A DNA stretch of 64,000 nt. Origin: an uncultured Bacteroidia bacterium (GTDB taxonomy: Bacteria; Bacteroidota; Bacteroidia; Bacteroidales; F082). Both the position numbers and the translations under genes were made by a program. The stretch is taken from NCBI GenBank assembly GCA_902785755.1, contig CACZZO010000010.1, positions 43,762 through 107,761 on the forward strand, written 5' to 3'. Below the pieces are notes generated by a model. It worked only from the letters and a program-made list of their open reading frames with translations, was not told where the DNA came from and searched no databases. Below are positions 50,221 through 58,706 of this stretch, one piece after another (within the stretch, counting starts at the first letter, position 1; each line of letters begins with the position of its first letter).

Positions 50221-50237
50221 CGTCAAATTTACACAAG

Positions 50238-51053
50238 ATGGAAAAGCAAAGCTACACTTACAAGTATCCCCGCCCCGCCGTGACCACAGACTGTGTGGTG
50301 TTCGGCTTCGACGGGCGCGACCTCAAAATCCTGCTCATCGAGCGCGGAATTGAGCCTTTCAAAGGCTGCTGGGCCTTCCCGGGCGGATTCCTCCAGATGG
50401 ACGAGACCGCCGAACAAGGCGCACTGCGCGAACTGAAAGAGGAAACAGGACTGGACTTGCGCTACATCAAACAGGTTGGGGCTTTCAGCGACGTGAACCG
50501 CGACCCGCGCTCCCGCGTCATCACCATCGCGTTCTACGCCTTGGCGAGGAAATCGGCGGTGCAAGGCGGCGACGATGCCGCACGTGCACAATGGTTTGCC
50601 CTCAACGACATACCGCACCTCGCTTTCGACCACGACTACATCCTGCGCAAGACCATGGACAAATTGAGGCACGACATCCATTTCGAGCCTATCGGATTCG
50701 GCCTTTTGGACGAACAATTCACCATCCCAGAGCTGCAACGCCTCTACGAAGCCATCCTCGGCGTACACTTCGACCGCCGCAACTTCCACAAGAAAATGCT
50801 GCAAACCGGCATCCTTGAAGAAGTGGATGACTTTGAAGAAGCCCCTCCCTCCTATTTTGGCGACCGCCGCGAGATGCGAAGCATGGACATCGGAGCCTTG
50901 TTTGGCGGCATGATGGCCTCCGAGCCGAAAGCCTCCTACGCTGCACGCGACGACGACAGCCGCTCGACCCGCAGATGGGGCACCAAATTCCGCTTCAACA
51001 AAAAACGCTACGACGAATTCAAGGAAGACAATAACTTTAAGTTGGAATTTTGA
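50238..51053 (+). CDS. Nudix hydrolase fold fused to an NrtR-like winged-helix domain (putative ADP-ribose-responsive regulator)
   Basis: 271 aa. Complete Nudix box GFLQMDETAEQGALRELKEETGL. The C-terminal DHDYILRKTMDKLRHDI...FTIPELQRLYEAILGVHFDRRNFHKKM resembles the NrtR DNA-binding domain. Confidence 0.7.
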   Translation: MEKQSYTYKYPRPAVTTDCVVFGFDGRDLKILLIERGIEPFKGCWAFPGGFLQMDETAEQGALRELKEETGLDLRYIKQVGAFSDVNRDPRSRVITIAFYALARKSAVQGGDDAARAQWFALNDIPHLAFDHDYILRKTMDKLRHDIHFEPIGFGLLDEQFTIPELQRLYEAILGVHFDRRNFHKKMLQTGILEEVDDFEEAPPSYFGDRREMRSMDIGALFGGMMASEPKASYAARDDDSRSTRRWGTKFRFNKKRYDEFKEDNNFKLEF

Positions 51054-51117
51054 TTAGTTTGGAGTTGAAAGTTGACAGTTAAAGGGCTGTTACACCGTGG
51101 CAGCCGACAATCCCGAT

Positions 51118-51176
51118 ATTTGAAATCCTGAAATCTTGAAATTTGAAATCCCGAAATTATTAAATATAAAATCTTA
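51118..51176 (+). repeat. tandem ~8-nt TGAAATC-type words upstream of the vWA-fusion gene
   Basis: TTTGAAATCCTGAAATCTTGAAATTTGAAATCCCGAAATTATTAAATATAAAATCTT. Confidence 0.8.
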
Positions 51177-51190
51177 AAAAACAAAAAGTT

Positions 51191-52285
51191 ATGGAAACAA
51201 AATCCACCTCAAAGACGCAGGTCTATAACCTGATTATCCTCGACAAGAGCGGCTCGATGGGCAGCATCGCCAACGCCGCCATCGCCGGATTCAACGAAAC
51301 CGTAGGCGGCATCCGCTCCGCCCAAGAACGCTTCAAGGACACGCAAGAGCATTTTGTCTCGCTGATGATTTTCTGCAATTGCGAGAAAACGTTGGTCTAC
51401 GACAAGGTACCCGTCGCCGAAGTCAAGGAACTGACAAGAAACGAATACCGTCCTTGCTGCGGAACGCCGCTGTATGACGCTATGGGATTGTCCATCAATG
51501 CCTTATACAACGACATCAAGGACAAGGAAGATGCCACCGCCGTGGTGACCGTCATCACCGACGGGCTTGAAAACGCATCGAAGGAATACAGCGGCGCGGC
51601 CATCAAAGCCCTCGTAGAGCGCATGAAGGACGAGGAAGGCTGGAACTTCGCCTACATCGGCACCAACCAAGACGTGCAGGCCACTTCCGCCTCGCTTTCC
51701 ATCGACAACCACATGGCCTTCGCCGACGACGATGCCGGAATGCGCGAGGCTTGGGCCAAAGAGCGCAAGTCGCGCACAATGATGTACAGCCGCCTCGAAG
51801 AAGAACGGGAAATGACTGCCGCCATGCCCAGTTTCGCCCGAAAACTGTTCCGCTCCAAGTCGAACCGCGAAAACCGCAACTATCGTGAAATGAGTGAGTT
51901 CAGCCATCGTGTTACGCCCGACAACATCAGAAGTCTCGGCAGAAACGAAATCTTCGTTTTCGGCAGCAACCTCGCTGGTGCTCACGCTGGCGGCGCGGCT
52001 CGAATTGCCCGAATGAACTTTGGAGCCATTTGGGGTCAAGGTGTTGGTTTGCAAGGCCAAAGCTATGCCATCCCCACGATGCAAGGTGGCGTGAACACCA
52101 TCAAGCCTTACGTGGACGAGTTCATCGCCTTCGCCTTGCAGCATCCCGAGATGACTTTCCTCGTCACCAAGATAGGCTGCGGCATCGCTGGCTTCACCCC
52201 TGCCGAGATTGCGCCGCTGTTTGCCGGTGCCGTCAATGTGGAAAACATTCATTTGCCGATGGATTTTTGGACGGAGTTGGTGTAA
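51191..52285 (+). CDS. vWA domain (intact MIDAS) fused to a ~125-aa domain of a small phage/bacterial family of unknown function
   Basis: 364 aa. MIDAS residues DKSGSM...GTPLYD...TDGLEN. The C-terminal IFVFGSNLAGAHAGGAARIA...GQSYAIPT...TKIGCGIAGFTPAEIAPLF matches a family I recall being named the A1S_2505 family phage non-structural protein. That name is from memory and unverified. Confidence 0.65.
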   Translation: METKSTSKTQVYNLIILDKSGSMGSIANAAIAGFNETVGGIRSAQERFKDTQEHFVSLMIFCNCEKTLVYDKVPVAEVKELTRNEYRPCCGTPLYDAMGLSINALYNDIKDKEDATAVVTVITDGLENASKEYSGAAIKALVERMKDEEGWNFAYIGTNQDVQATSASLSIDNHMAFADDDAGMREAWAKERKSRTMMYSRLEEEREMTAAMPSFARKLFRSKSNRENRNYREMSEFSHRVTPDNIRSLGRNEIFVFGSNLAGAHAGGAARIARMNFGAIWGQGVGLQGQSYAIPTMQGGVNTIKPYVDEFIAFALQHPEMTFLVTKIGCGIAGFTPAEIAPLFAGAVNVENIHLPMDFWTELV

Positions 52286-52287
52286 TT

Positions 52288-52320
52288 GGTTGAGAGTTTA
52301 GGGTTTAGAGTTTAGTGTTG
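52288..52320 (+). repeat. tandem 7-8-nt GTTTAGAG-type words upstream of the ARH gene
   Basis: GGTTGAGAGTTTAGGGTTTAGAGTTTAGTGTTG. The same word family occurs in reverse complement at 27505-27545. Confidence 0.75.
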
Positions 52321-52345
52321 AAATTCAAAATAGGAGATAATAATC

Positions 52346-53200
52346 ATGTTAGGAGCAATTATTGGAGATGCCGTTGGTTCGGTATATGAGTTCAACAACA
52401 TAAAAACTACAGAATTTCCGCTGTTTGGACCACGAAACAACTACACCGACGACAGCATCATGACCATAGCCGTGGCCGACTGGCTTTTGACCGACCCGCA
52501 GCATGGCATGGACACCTTGGAAGCCTCATTTTTAGGCTTCGCCAAGAAGTACCCTTGTCCTATGGGTGGCTATGGTGGTGGGTTCCATCGATGGCTGTTC
52601 CATCCCGAAGAGTTAGGTGATTATGGGAGTCGCGACTTCAAACTCGGGGCACGTCATCCTTACAATTCATTCGGCAACGGAGCCGCTATGCGTTGCAGCG
52701 CGAACGGCTGGATGTTCGACAGCTTGGAAGAAACGGAGCGTGTGGCTGGCCTTTCGGCAGCCATCACCCACAGCCATCCCGAGGGTATCAAAGGAGCGCA
52801 ATCAACGGCGGCAGCCATTTTCATGGCACGCAACGGCAAGAGCAAGGATGAGATAAGGGATTACATCTCAACGAAATACAGTTACAACCTCAACCGCACT
52901 TGCGACGAGATTCGTCCTGTCTATGACTGGGATTCTTCATGCCAAGGCACGGTTCCGGAAGCAATGGTGGCCTTTTTTGACAGCACCGATTTCGAGTCGG
53001 CCATCCGCCTCGCCGTCTCGTTGGGTGGCGACAGCGACACCCTTGCTTGCATCACTGGTGGCATCGCGGAGGCGTTCTACAAGGTGATTCCCAACGACAT
53101 CGCCTTGAAAATCTGGGCACTGCTCCCCGATGAATTCAAGGACATCTTGAAGAAGATGGAGGCTCAAACGAGCTATCAATTGCCGAACATTCTGAAATAA
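52346..53200 (+). CDS. ADP-ribosylglycohydrolase family protein
   Basis: 284 aa. N-terminal GAIIGDAVGSVYEF...TDDSIMT and C-terminal GGDSDTLACITGGIAEAFY are hallmark ARH/DraG motifs. Confidence 0.85.
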   Translation: MLGAIIGDAVGSVYEFNNIKTTEFPLFGPRNNYTDDSIMTIAVADWLLTDPQHGMDTLEASFLGFAKKYPCPMGGYGGGFHRWLFHPEELGDYGSRDFKLGARHPYNSFGNGAAMRCSANGWMFDSLEETERVAGLSAAITHSHPEGIKGAQSTAAAIFMARNGKSKDEIRDYISTKYSYNLNRTCDEIRPVYDWDSSCQGTVPEAMVAFFDSTDFESAIRLAVSLGGDSDTLACITGGIAEAFYKVIPNDIALKIWALLPDEFKDILKKMEAQTSYQLPNILK

Positions 53201-53229
53201 GGGGAAACCATATAAAGATTATGAGCGAA

Positions 53230-53261
53230 GCCGAGAAAAGTCCCCGCTTTTCTCGGCTTTT
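53230..53261 (+). terminator. terminator after the ADP-ribosylglycohydrolase gene
   Basis: GCCGAGAAAAG-tccccg-CTTTTCTCGGC (11-bp perfect stem) followed by TTTT. Confidence 0.75.
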
Positions 53262-53317
53262 CCATTTTGGAAACAGTTGCTGTTTTGAGTGGTAATTTCC
53301 ATTTTGGAAACAACTGC
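53260..53317 (+). repeat. two direct 21-nt copies TTCCATTTTGGAAACA(GT/AC)TGC separated by 16 nt
   Basis: Copies at 53260-53280 and 53297-53317, 19/21 identical. Each contains the mini-palindrome TTCCAttttGGAA. Confidence 0.8.
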
Positions 53318-53325
53318 ATACTACC

Positions 53326-55320
53326 TTAACCCATTGTTGAAATCAATTGACTCAATGTTGTATCTGTATATGTCCTCCATATTCTCAATCGGATAGGCTT
53401 ATAATCATCAAAAAGTTGCTTGATAAACCCAATCTCAAAGACAAGTCTCAAATCATTAGGATTATTTTCTGGTTGACCTTCTTTGCGAGTGCCAACACGA
53501 GCTTTTTTAATCAGATAAAGGTCACGGACACCTTTGCCCTTGATGTAAGGCATAAAATAAAACAGGCAGTTGAGTTCAACTGTTGATGGAAACTTTTTAC
53601 CTGTGTAATAAATCTTTGCCGATTGGCTAAGGAATTGTTCAATATTGTCGGATTTAACGTTGCAAATCAAAACATTATTTGTGTTCCTTGTGCCTTCACT
53701 TAATCCATAATTAGAAAAGCTTTCACTAGCAACACTATTATCAACAATAGAACTTGGAAATTGTTGGAGAATATCGAGAAAATCCAGCTGCTTATATTGC
53801 AGCCTCTCTGTTTTCACATCGTTATTATTTCCCATATACAGGTCATAAAAAATCTCATCTAACTCCTTTTGATCTATTTCGATATCAAATTTCCCTTGCT
53901 CTATCGTTGATATTATTCTCTCTACAATACTCTCAACTCTTATACGCACATTTTTACTTGGTTGAATAAACGGGATTTTTTTTATATAATTAGCCGAGTT
54001 GTTTGTTGAGGGATTAATGGTATTAATTAATTCAGAACAAATAGCAGAATTGAAAAAACCCAAAAGATAATTTGTCCATGTTTCATCGTTCGGAAATACT
54101 CCAACAATTGATTGATCAAACAACCTTTCTTCTATAAGGGCACCCGTTAAACTTGACGATCGTATCATGGGAATTCCGATACCTTTTTTAAAATAATAAC
54201 CAGAATTTTGGAACCTGCATTTCTTGCTATTATGGTACTCCATCAATGCTTGAACCGACCAATCCATAAACCACCGATCAGGTTTTACATATCGAACATT
54301 TCCTCCCTTTACTATTGGCACGAAACATTGATGAGTTTCTATGCCCCTTGTTTTTTCCATTTCTGTTAATGCCGTATATCTAATATCCTCCTTTTTCACA
54401 CAAATATATTTCTTCGCATTTTTTGATGATTCATCAAGTGGATGTAAATACTTTTTGTCGTTTCCAGAATAAAAACCTGTTACACAACTTGCAATATTCC
54501 CGATTTTTAGTAATGTTTTATTATTAATAAGCCGTGTTAATTGTTTTGTTGAATTAAACATAAATGCAGCTCCGACTCCTTCATAAACTGCTTTTTGGGA
54601 AACAAATCGAGTAATTCCTTTGCTTCTGTTTCCCAAATCTTCTATGAAATTAAAACCTGTTCTAATAGTTATGTTATTATATAAATTCTCATGAAGGTCA
54701 GATGATTTTACAAGTGTGATAATACACAGATTTGCATAACCGAAATTAACTCCAGGAAAAAAAGATGATGGAAACAGGGCAAGCTCGCGTATTTTTGTAT
54801 TGGTTAGCAAGTATTTTCTAATTGCAATGTGTCTGTGCAATGACAAAAAAGTATCTGGAATAATGAAACTTAACTCACCGTTTTCTCTTAAACACCGAGT
54901 ACACGCATATAAAAACAAAGTGTAACTCTCTTTTATATATAAGTCTGAATATAATCTATGAAGTAATGCTTTTTTCTCCTCATCAATTCTGGCACCATAA
55001 GGTGGGTTCCCGATTATCTTGTCAAAAAGATGACTACAAGTTGTTATCTCTTTATCAATAAGAGTGTCTGTCTCCTTAATATAAATGTTGCTTTGCTGCT
55101 TATATTTTTCACGGAGTAATTCAACCGCTTTGGGATTTAATTCATAAATACTTATATTTGAAAAAGAAGATTTCTCTAGAATCTTGTCTACAAAGACCCC
55201 ATCACCTCCACATGGTTCTAATATAGAATCTTGTGGTTGAAGATTAAGCATATCTGTCATATAACTTAAAATTGGGTCTGATTTTGTATAATAGGCCTGA
55301 AAAGTCAGTTTCTCATTCAT
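53326..55320 (-). CDS. N6-adenine DNA methyltransferase (gamma class, Eco57I-like) with unassigned ~150-aa C-terminal extension
   Basis: 664 aa and AT-rich. Motif I EPCGGDGVFV, motif IV IGNPPYGA. The long TRD-like middle region and the C-terminal domain are unassigned. Confidence 0.8.
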   Translation of the reverse strand: MNEKLTFQAYYTKSDPILSYMTDMLNLQPQDSILEPCGGDGVFVDKILEKSSFSNISIYELNPKAVELLREKYKQQSNIYIKETDTLIDKEITTCSHLFDKIIGNPPYGARIDEEKKALLHRLYSDLYIKESYTLFLYACTRCLRENGELSFIIPDTFLSLHRHIAIRKYLLTNTKIRELALFPSSFFPGVNFGYANLCIITLVKSSDLHENLYNNITIRTGFNFIEDLGNRSKGITRFVSQKAVYEGVGAAFMFNSTKQLTRLINNKTLLKIGNIASCVTGFYSGNDKKYLHPLDESSKNAKKYICVKKEDIRYTALTEMEKTRGIETHQCFVPIVKGGNVRYVKPDRWFMDWSVQALMEYHNSKKCRFQNSGYYFKKGIGIPMIRSSSLTGALIEERLFDQSIVGVFPNDETWTNYLLGFFNSAICSELINTINPSTNNSANYIKKIPFIQPSKNVRIRVESIVERIISTIEQGKFDIEIDQKELDEIFYDLYMGNNNDVKTERLQYKQLDFLDILQQFPSSIVDNSVASESFSNYGLSEGTRNTNNVLICNVKSDNIEQFLSQSAKIYYTGKKFPSTVELNCLFYFMPYIKGKGVRDLYLIKKARVGTRKEGQPENNPNDLRLVFEIGFIKQLFDDYKPIRLRIWRTYTDTTLSQLISTMG

Positions 55321-55323
55321 AAA

Positions 55324-56241
55324 TCACCAAATAAGATAGTTTTGCAAATTGTTGTTAATTACCACATTTCTCATTTCTGTAGTGAAATCATTCAACCAAT
55401 CAATGTTATTAGAAATCCAAGTATGAATGTCAAATCCTGTAAACTGATGGATTTTTTCATATGAATCAATTCCACAAAAAGTCTCCCATACGCCCGAGTT
55501 TTGAAGTGTGGTCAAATAATGATTGTTCTCGGTTGATCGAACAAAAATCAAACATTTGTATTCTTCTGTTTCAATGTTTTTATAAATACTACCTACCAAT
55601 AAAAGTCTATTGGTGTTTCCCTTCTCATTAGACCCAAAGCCACTTTTGAAGTCAACAATGTATTTATTTGATCCATCAGTAAAATGCAAGTCGCATTCCA
55701 ATTGGATTTCTCCAGAAGTCACAAGATTCCACACTTTATCATAGTATCTTTTCAACCTATCTTTGTCTTGAACATCAATTCCTAATCCGTCAATATATGT
55801 ATTAATTTCAGTGGTCAAATTCTGTTTTACTTCAGAAAATAGAGGTGGTATGAATAGCCTTATATTGTTTAATGGAAAGCTAAAACAAAGCTTACAAAAC
55901 GGCTCCCATAGTTCACCAACTCTTCGTGAGAATGCCATATATTCATATTCCCAAATAGAATTTCTACCTTCAAACATAACCACATCACATGTATAGGTTA
56001 TCATTAGAACACTTTCCAAGATTTCTTCATTTGACCAATTCTCGTTTCTGGCTCTTTCTAAAAGAATTGAAACTATAGAATCTTTGCTTCTGATTATTGA
56101 TTTATTAAAAGCTGATGCCTTTTTCTTGTAATCGTTTGCTGAGAATTGTATTTCAAGTTCACTTAATATTTCCTTCGAACGATTTCTGAAATAACTAAGC
56201 AACTCATTTTTTCTATATCTCAAACCATTATCAATATCCAT
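55324..56241 (-). CDS. candidate type II restriction endonuclease (PD-(D/E)XK-like), partner of the methyltransferase
   Basis: 305 aa and AT-rich. It lies 3 nt upstream of the MTase on the same strand. Candidate catalytic pattern ...ECDLHF...YIVDFKSG (D...D.K). No family recognised. Confidence 0.5.
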   Translation of the reverse strand: MDIDNGLRYRKNELLSYFRNRSKEILSELEIQFSANDYKKKASAFNKSIIRSKDSIVSILLERARNENWSNEEILESVLMITYTCDVVMFEGRNSIWEYEYMAFSRRVGELWEPFCKLCFSFPLNNIRLFIPPLFSEVKQNLTTEINTYIDGLGIDVQDKDRLKRYYDKVWNLVTSGEIQLECDLHFTDGSNKYIVDFKSGFGSNEKGNTNRLLLVGSIYKNIETEEYKCLIFVRSTENNHYLTTLQNSGVWETFCGIDSYEKIHQFTGFDIHTWISNNIDWLNDFTTEMRNVVINNNLQNYLIW

Positions 56242-56277
56242 CTTTCTATTCTATTTGTTATGACTATTATTTTTGTG

Positions 56278-56294
56278 CAAAAATAGCAAAAATA
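56278..56294 (-). promoter_or_regulatory. two tandem -7 boxes (TATTTTTG x2) for the R-M operon
   Basis: CAAAAATA at 56278-56285 and at 56287-56294 on the plus strand, 36 and 45 nt upstream of the REase ATG at 56241. Confidence 0.5.
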
Positions 56295-56355
56295 ACACAT
56301 AATTGTATATATTTGAAGAATTAAAAAAAACAGCATTACTTCTGAAAAAATACCG

Positions 56356-56363
56356 TATTTTTG
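56356..56363 (+). promoter_or_regulatory. -7 box TATTTTTG for the prolyl oligopeptidase gene
   Basis: 36 nt upstream of ATG 56400. Confidence 0.5.
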
Positions 56364-56399
56364 CGTCCAATTATCAATAAATTTCAAATCAACACAATA

Positions 56400-58550
56400 A
56401 TGAAAAAACTCACCTTATTAGTTATGGGCACCATCACCCTATTCGGCTGCAACCAACAACCTAAGCAGCCTGAACGCTATTCCGTCAAGGCTTACCCCGA
56501 GACGCGCATGGACGAAACCGTCGTTGACGACTACTTCGGAACCAAAGTCGCCGACCCGTACCGTTGGCTCGAAAACGACACCTCCGCCGAGACCGCGAAA
56601 TGGGTTAAGGCGCAGAACGAAGTCACGCAAGACTACCTGAGTCACATCCCTTTCCGCAACGCAATCAAGGACAGGCTTACGCAAATCGTTAATTACGAGC
56701 GTTATAGTATGCCATCGAAGAAGCATGGCCGCTACATCTACTCGAAGAACGACGGCCTCCAGAACCAAAGCGTCATCTACATGCAAGAGACGCTTGACGG
56801 CGAACCTACCGTCTTGTTAGACCCCAACAAACTCTCCGACGACGGCACCGTTTCCCTCGGCGGCATCAGTTTCTCCAACGATGGCAAATACATGGCCTAC
56901 ACCATACAACGCAGCGGCTCCGACTGGGTTGAAATCTATGTGAAGGACATGGCCACCCTCGAACTCCTCCCCGACCACATCGAATGGGCCAAGTTCACGG
57001 GCGCTTCGTGGTACAAGGACGGTTTCTTCTATGCCGCCTACGACCGCCCCGAAGCCGGCAAGGAGTTCAGCAATGTGAACGAAAACCACAAAATCTATTA
57101 CCACAAACTCGGCACGCCGCAGGAACAGGACGAACTCTTCTATTCCAATCCTAAACAACCACGTTACTTCCATCAAGTGGACCTCACCGAGGACGAGCAT
57201 TATATGTTCCTCTTCGAGAGCGGTCAAGGCGCGGGCAGCACGTTGTGGATCAGGGATATGCAAGACCCGAAAGGCAAGTTCGTGCAGATTGCCGACGACA
57301 TGGACTACCAATACAGTCCCATCGACGTGATTGACGGCACTTTGTACATCTTCACCAACTACAACGCGCCCAAGGGTCGCATTTGCAAGGTTTCGGCCAA
57401 GTCCCCGCAGATGGCGAATTGGGTGGATGTGATTCCCGAGTGCGAAAATGTGATTTCAGGCATCAACCTCGCCAAGGGCAAGATGATTGTCACCTACGAC
57501 AAGGATGCCGCCAACCACGCCTACGTTTACACCATGGATGGCCAGCAGCTCCACGAGATTGCCCTGCCCACCTACGGTTCGGTCGGCTTCAGCAGCGAAT
57601 ATAAGGAACCCGAAGTGTTCTATGCCTTCACCTCTTTCGTCTTCCCGACCACGATTTACCAGTACAACATCGACGACAACACCTCCACCGTGTTCCGCGC
57701 TCCCGCCATCGACTTCAAGTCGGACGACTACGTTACGGAGCAGGTCTTTGTCACCTCGAAGGATGGTACCAAAGTCCCGATGTTCCTGACCTATAAGAAA
57801 GGCTTGCAGAAAGACGGCAACAACCCGACCTTCCTGTACGGTTACGGCGGCTTCAACGTGACACTCAATCCTGGCTTCAGCACTTCGCGCCTGCCCTTCA
57901 TCGAGAACGGTGGCATTTATGCCCAGATGAACCTGCGCGGCGGCAACGAGTACGGCGAGGAATGGCACATTGCCGGCACCAAGTTGCAGAAACAGAATGT
58001 TTTTAACGATTGCATCGCTTGCGCCGAATACCTTATTAATAATAAATACACCTCGCCGAAATACTTGGCTCTGAACGGTGGTTCCAACGGCGGTCTGCTC
58101 GTCGGTGCAGTAGTGAACCAGCGCCCCGACCTTTTCGCTGTGGCAGTGCCGCAAGTCGGCGTGATGGACATGCTGCGCTACCACCTCTTCACCATCGGCT
58201 GGAACTGGGCCAGCGACTACGGCACCAGCGAGGACGACGAGGCCATGTTCAAGGCTTTGTACGCCTACTCGCCGCTGCACACCATCCAAAGCGGTGAAAA
58301 TGTACACTATCCCGCCATCATGGTCACCACTGCTGACCACGACGACCGCGTGGTGCCTGCCCACTCGTTCAAGTATGCAGCCGCATTGCAAGCAGCCCAA
58401 ACCGGCGACCAGCCCAAGATCATCCGCATCGACACCAAGGCCGGTCACGGTGGCGGCAAGCCCATCTCCAAAGTCCTTGAGGAACAGGCGGATATTTATT
58501 CGTTTGTGTTGTATAACATGGGATTGACATATCCGAAGGAGGCGAAATAA
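56400..58550 (+). CDS. prolyl oligopeptidase (S9A family), lipoprotein signal
   Basis: I trimmed the track ORF to MKKLTLLVMGTITLFGC (ATG 56400). N-terminal DDYFGTKVADPYRWLE, catalytic GGSNGGLL, and ...DDRV...H near the C-terminus. Confidence 0.9.
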   Translation: MKKLTLLVMGTITLFGCNQQPKQPERYSVKAYPETRMDETVVDDYFGTKVADPYRWLENDTSAETAKWVKAQNEVTQDYLSHIPFRNAIKDRLTQIVNYERYSMPSKKHGRYIYSKNDGLQNQSVIYMQETLDGEPTVLLDPNKLSDDGTVSLGGISFSNDGKYMAYTIQRSGSDWVEIYVKDMATLELLPDHIEWAKFTGASWYKDGFFYAAYDRPEAGKEFSNVNENHKIYYHKLGTPQEQDELFYSNPKQPRYFHQVDLTEDEHYMFLFESGQGAGSTLWIRDMQDPKGKFVQIADDMDYQYSPIDVIDGTLYIFTNYNAPKGRICKVSAKSPQMANWVDVIPECENVISGINLAKGKMIVTYDKDAANHAYVYTMDGQQLHEIALPTYGSVGFSSEYKEPEVFYAFTSFVFPTTIYQYNIDDNTSTVFRAPAIDFKSDDYVTEQVFVTSKDGTKVPMFLTYKKGLQKDGNNPTFLYGYGGFNVTLNPGFSTSRLPFIENGGIYAQMNLRGGNEYGEEWHIAGTKLQKQNVFNDCIACAEYLINNKYTSPKYLALNGGSNGGLLVGAVVNQRPDLFAVAVPQVGVMDMLRYHLFTIGWNWASDYGTSEDDEAMFKALYAYSPLHTIQSGENVHYPAIMVTTADHDDRVVPAHSFKYAAALQAAQTGDQPKIIRIDTKAGHGGGKPISKVLEEQADIYSFVLYNMGLTYPKEAK

Positions 58551-58573
58551 TTGCCGACTTTCAGGTACAAAAT

Positions 58574-58607
58574 CGCCCGTTGGAAAGTTTTCCGGCGGGC
58601 GGTTTTT
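58574..58607 (+). terminator. terminator after the prolyl oligopeptidase gene
   Basis: CGCCCG...CGGGCG stem followed by TTTTT. Confidence 0.65.
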
Positions 58608-58670
58608 CCGTTCATAGCGTGCTTTAAACCACAAAAAAACATGTTCTAAGCACGCTATAAACGGATTTTT
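58603..58670 (+). repeat. 65-nt hairpin repeat, copy A (left flank of the ATPase cassette)
   Basis: TTTTCCGTTCATAGCGTGCTTTAAACCACAAAAAAACATGTTCTAAGCACGCTATAAACGGATTTT. It contains an internal ~20-bp inverted repeat, CCGTTCATAGCGTGCTT/AAGCACGCTATAAACGG. Confidence 0.85.
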
Positions 58671-58672
58671 TA

Positions 58673-58680
58673 TAAATTTG
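58673..58680 (+). promoter_or_regulatory. -7 box TAAATTTG for the ATPase cassette
   Basis: 26 nt upstream of ATG 58707 and immediately after hairpin repeat A. Confidence 0.5.
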
Positions 58681-58706
58681 CAGCCGAAAACATACACATT
58701 TTAATC

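Noticed and set aside
53976-53983. T8 homopolymer (A8 in the coding sense) inside the methyltransferase gene as a phase-variation tract.
   Set aside because: Eight A/T residues are unremarkable in a gene this AT-rich. Similar A7-A8 runs occur in the LRR gene. Known phase-variable R-M genes use longer tracts or multi-unit repeats.
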